Below, piece after piece: positions 62,992 through 64,000 of a stretch of DNA of 64,000 nt. The first letter of the stretch is position 1; each line of letters starts with the position of its first letter. The position numbers and the translations under genes were made by a program. A model generated the notes under the pieces. The model had not been told where the DNA came from and did not search any database. It saw nothing but the letters and a program-made list of their open reading frames with translations. Source of the DNA: Octopus vulgaris (taxonomy: Eukaryota); the NCBI GenBank assembly GCA_951406725.2, contig OX597832.1:30690001-30754000 (forward strand), written 5' to 3'.

Positions 62992-63674
62992 CGAGCAAAA
63001 CACGTCCAATGGACGGTGCTGAGTTGTCAAACATTTAAACCAAATTTTCTCAAAGCAACTTGTCTGACCGTCCCATAGGCCTCCCTTTGAGAAACACTGA
63101 TTTAACCTAAATTTGAGACACTGTGCATTTTTCTCGCGTACTCGTATCGATTGCAACAGCTGATGTACTTGCACATACAAATGCACGTTCCCATAGCTTT
63201 ATCGATCGCATTTCTTACCTAGAAGCAATTTTTGCAATTTTTTCAAGACTTATACACGCCCTGATACCGTTGGTATCTACATATCAAATTTCAGCGCAAT
63301 CGGATGGAGGATGCCCGAGATCCTAGAAGACATACACACAGACAGACAGAACGGATTTTATATATATATATATACACACACACAATATTTACCAAACAAA
63401 AAAAAAAACTATTTCAAAGAAAATCTTTGAAGTACCCACTTCTCAAAGCACAAGAATTGATTTTCCAATTTTTATTAAATATTTAAAATAATATTTACAT
63501 ATATTGCAAAGGCAAGCAAATGCCTGTTTCCTCATCTTTCTTTCTGTAAAAGCCCTCCACAAATCACACAAGATGTCACATATCATTGTCCCTGAATGTT
63601 CTTACTGAGGAATGAGGGATTGAACTGACAACAGCAAGGTTCATCATCTCGTTCTTTCATTTCCTTTCTCCACA

Positions 63675-63757
63675 TCAGGATTTTATTAAACTCTTCGTCA
63701 TATAAGGACCTTCCAGTTCGTATCCTATTTTCCGATAATAATTTCTTGTGCCAACAC
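63675..63757 (-). CDS. ELP3: Elongator complex protein 3, last coding exon (rest of gene lies beyond the window)
   Basis: After a tttcttag acceptor, the phase-1 frame reads (G)[26 protein letters not shown]. This is the highly conserved ELP3 C-terminus [20 protein letters not shown]. Confidence 0.92.
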
Positions 63758-64000
63758 CTAAGAAAATAAAAACATCTGGGATTCAAAACAATATTCAGTC
63801 TATGCATGCAATTAAGGGAGCTGATGGTGTCAACTGACTAAAAGGGACAAAATACAGGAACCTGGCTGAATTGAAGCATTATTACTGGGTTTCTAAACGT
63901 GCATGTTGGTTACCTTTGACTCTACATCAGCACACATATGTGCTGGACTTGGCAAGATTTCTTTTTTTTAGGGTGCATACCAGTTGGCAATGCATACAAG

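Noticed and set aside
63583-63807. 74-aa ORF as an independent gene
   Set aside because: Shadow frame of the ELP3 terminal exon.

Overview
AT-rich, intron- and repeat-rich animal genomic DNA. The SINE/MITE repertoire looks like that of an octopus or other coleoid cephalopod (inference). No prokaryotic features, rRNA, true tRNA or CRISPR are present. Four spliced housekeeping genes were reconstructed by hand from GT-AG boundaries and protein motifs. (1) A thioredoxin-1-type gene (+, exons 2-5, 5336-11398, WCGPC; exon 1 not located). (2) A complete 10-exon DBT, the branched-chain ketoacid dehydrogenase E2 (-, 44231-18063, 494 aa). (3) A complete 11-exon RTCA, RNA 3'-phosphate cyclase (+, 46183-60339, 359 aa), head-to-head with DBT as in human. 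(4) The last coding exon of ELP3 (-, 63757-63675), which the ORF track shows in the wrong frame. Introns and intergenic DNA hold four SINE families, RTE and CR1-type LINE relics, mariner/Tc1, pogo, piggyBac-, hAT- and Mutator-like MITEs, Helitron pieces and many fold-back palindromes. The most interesting unexplained signals are a set of Penelope-type minimal hammerhead ribozyme motifs (one with an intact catalytic core, sense-oriented in a DBT intron), a 27-bp duplication creating a second in-frame splice donor in DBT, a TCTCGCGAGA/GC-box promoter, long hairpins downstream of RTCA and a 21-unit punctuated (GT)n array. I cannot claim a wholly new biological system from sequence alone. Repeat boundaries are approximate unless a TSD or TIR is quoted.
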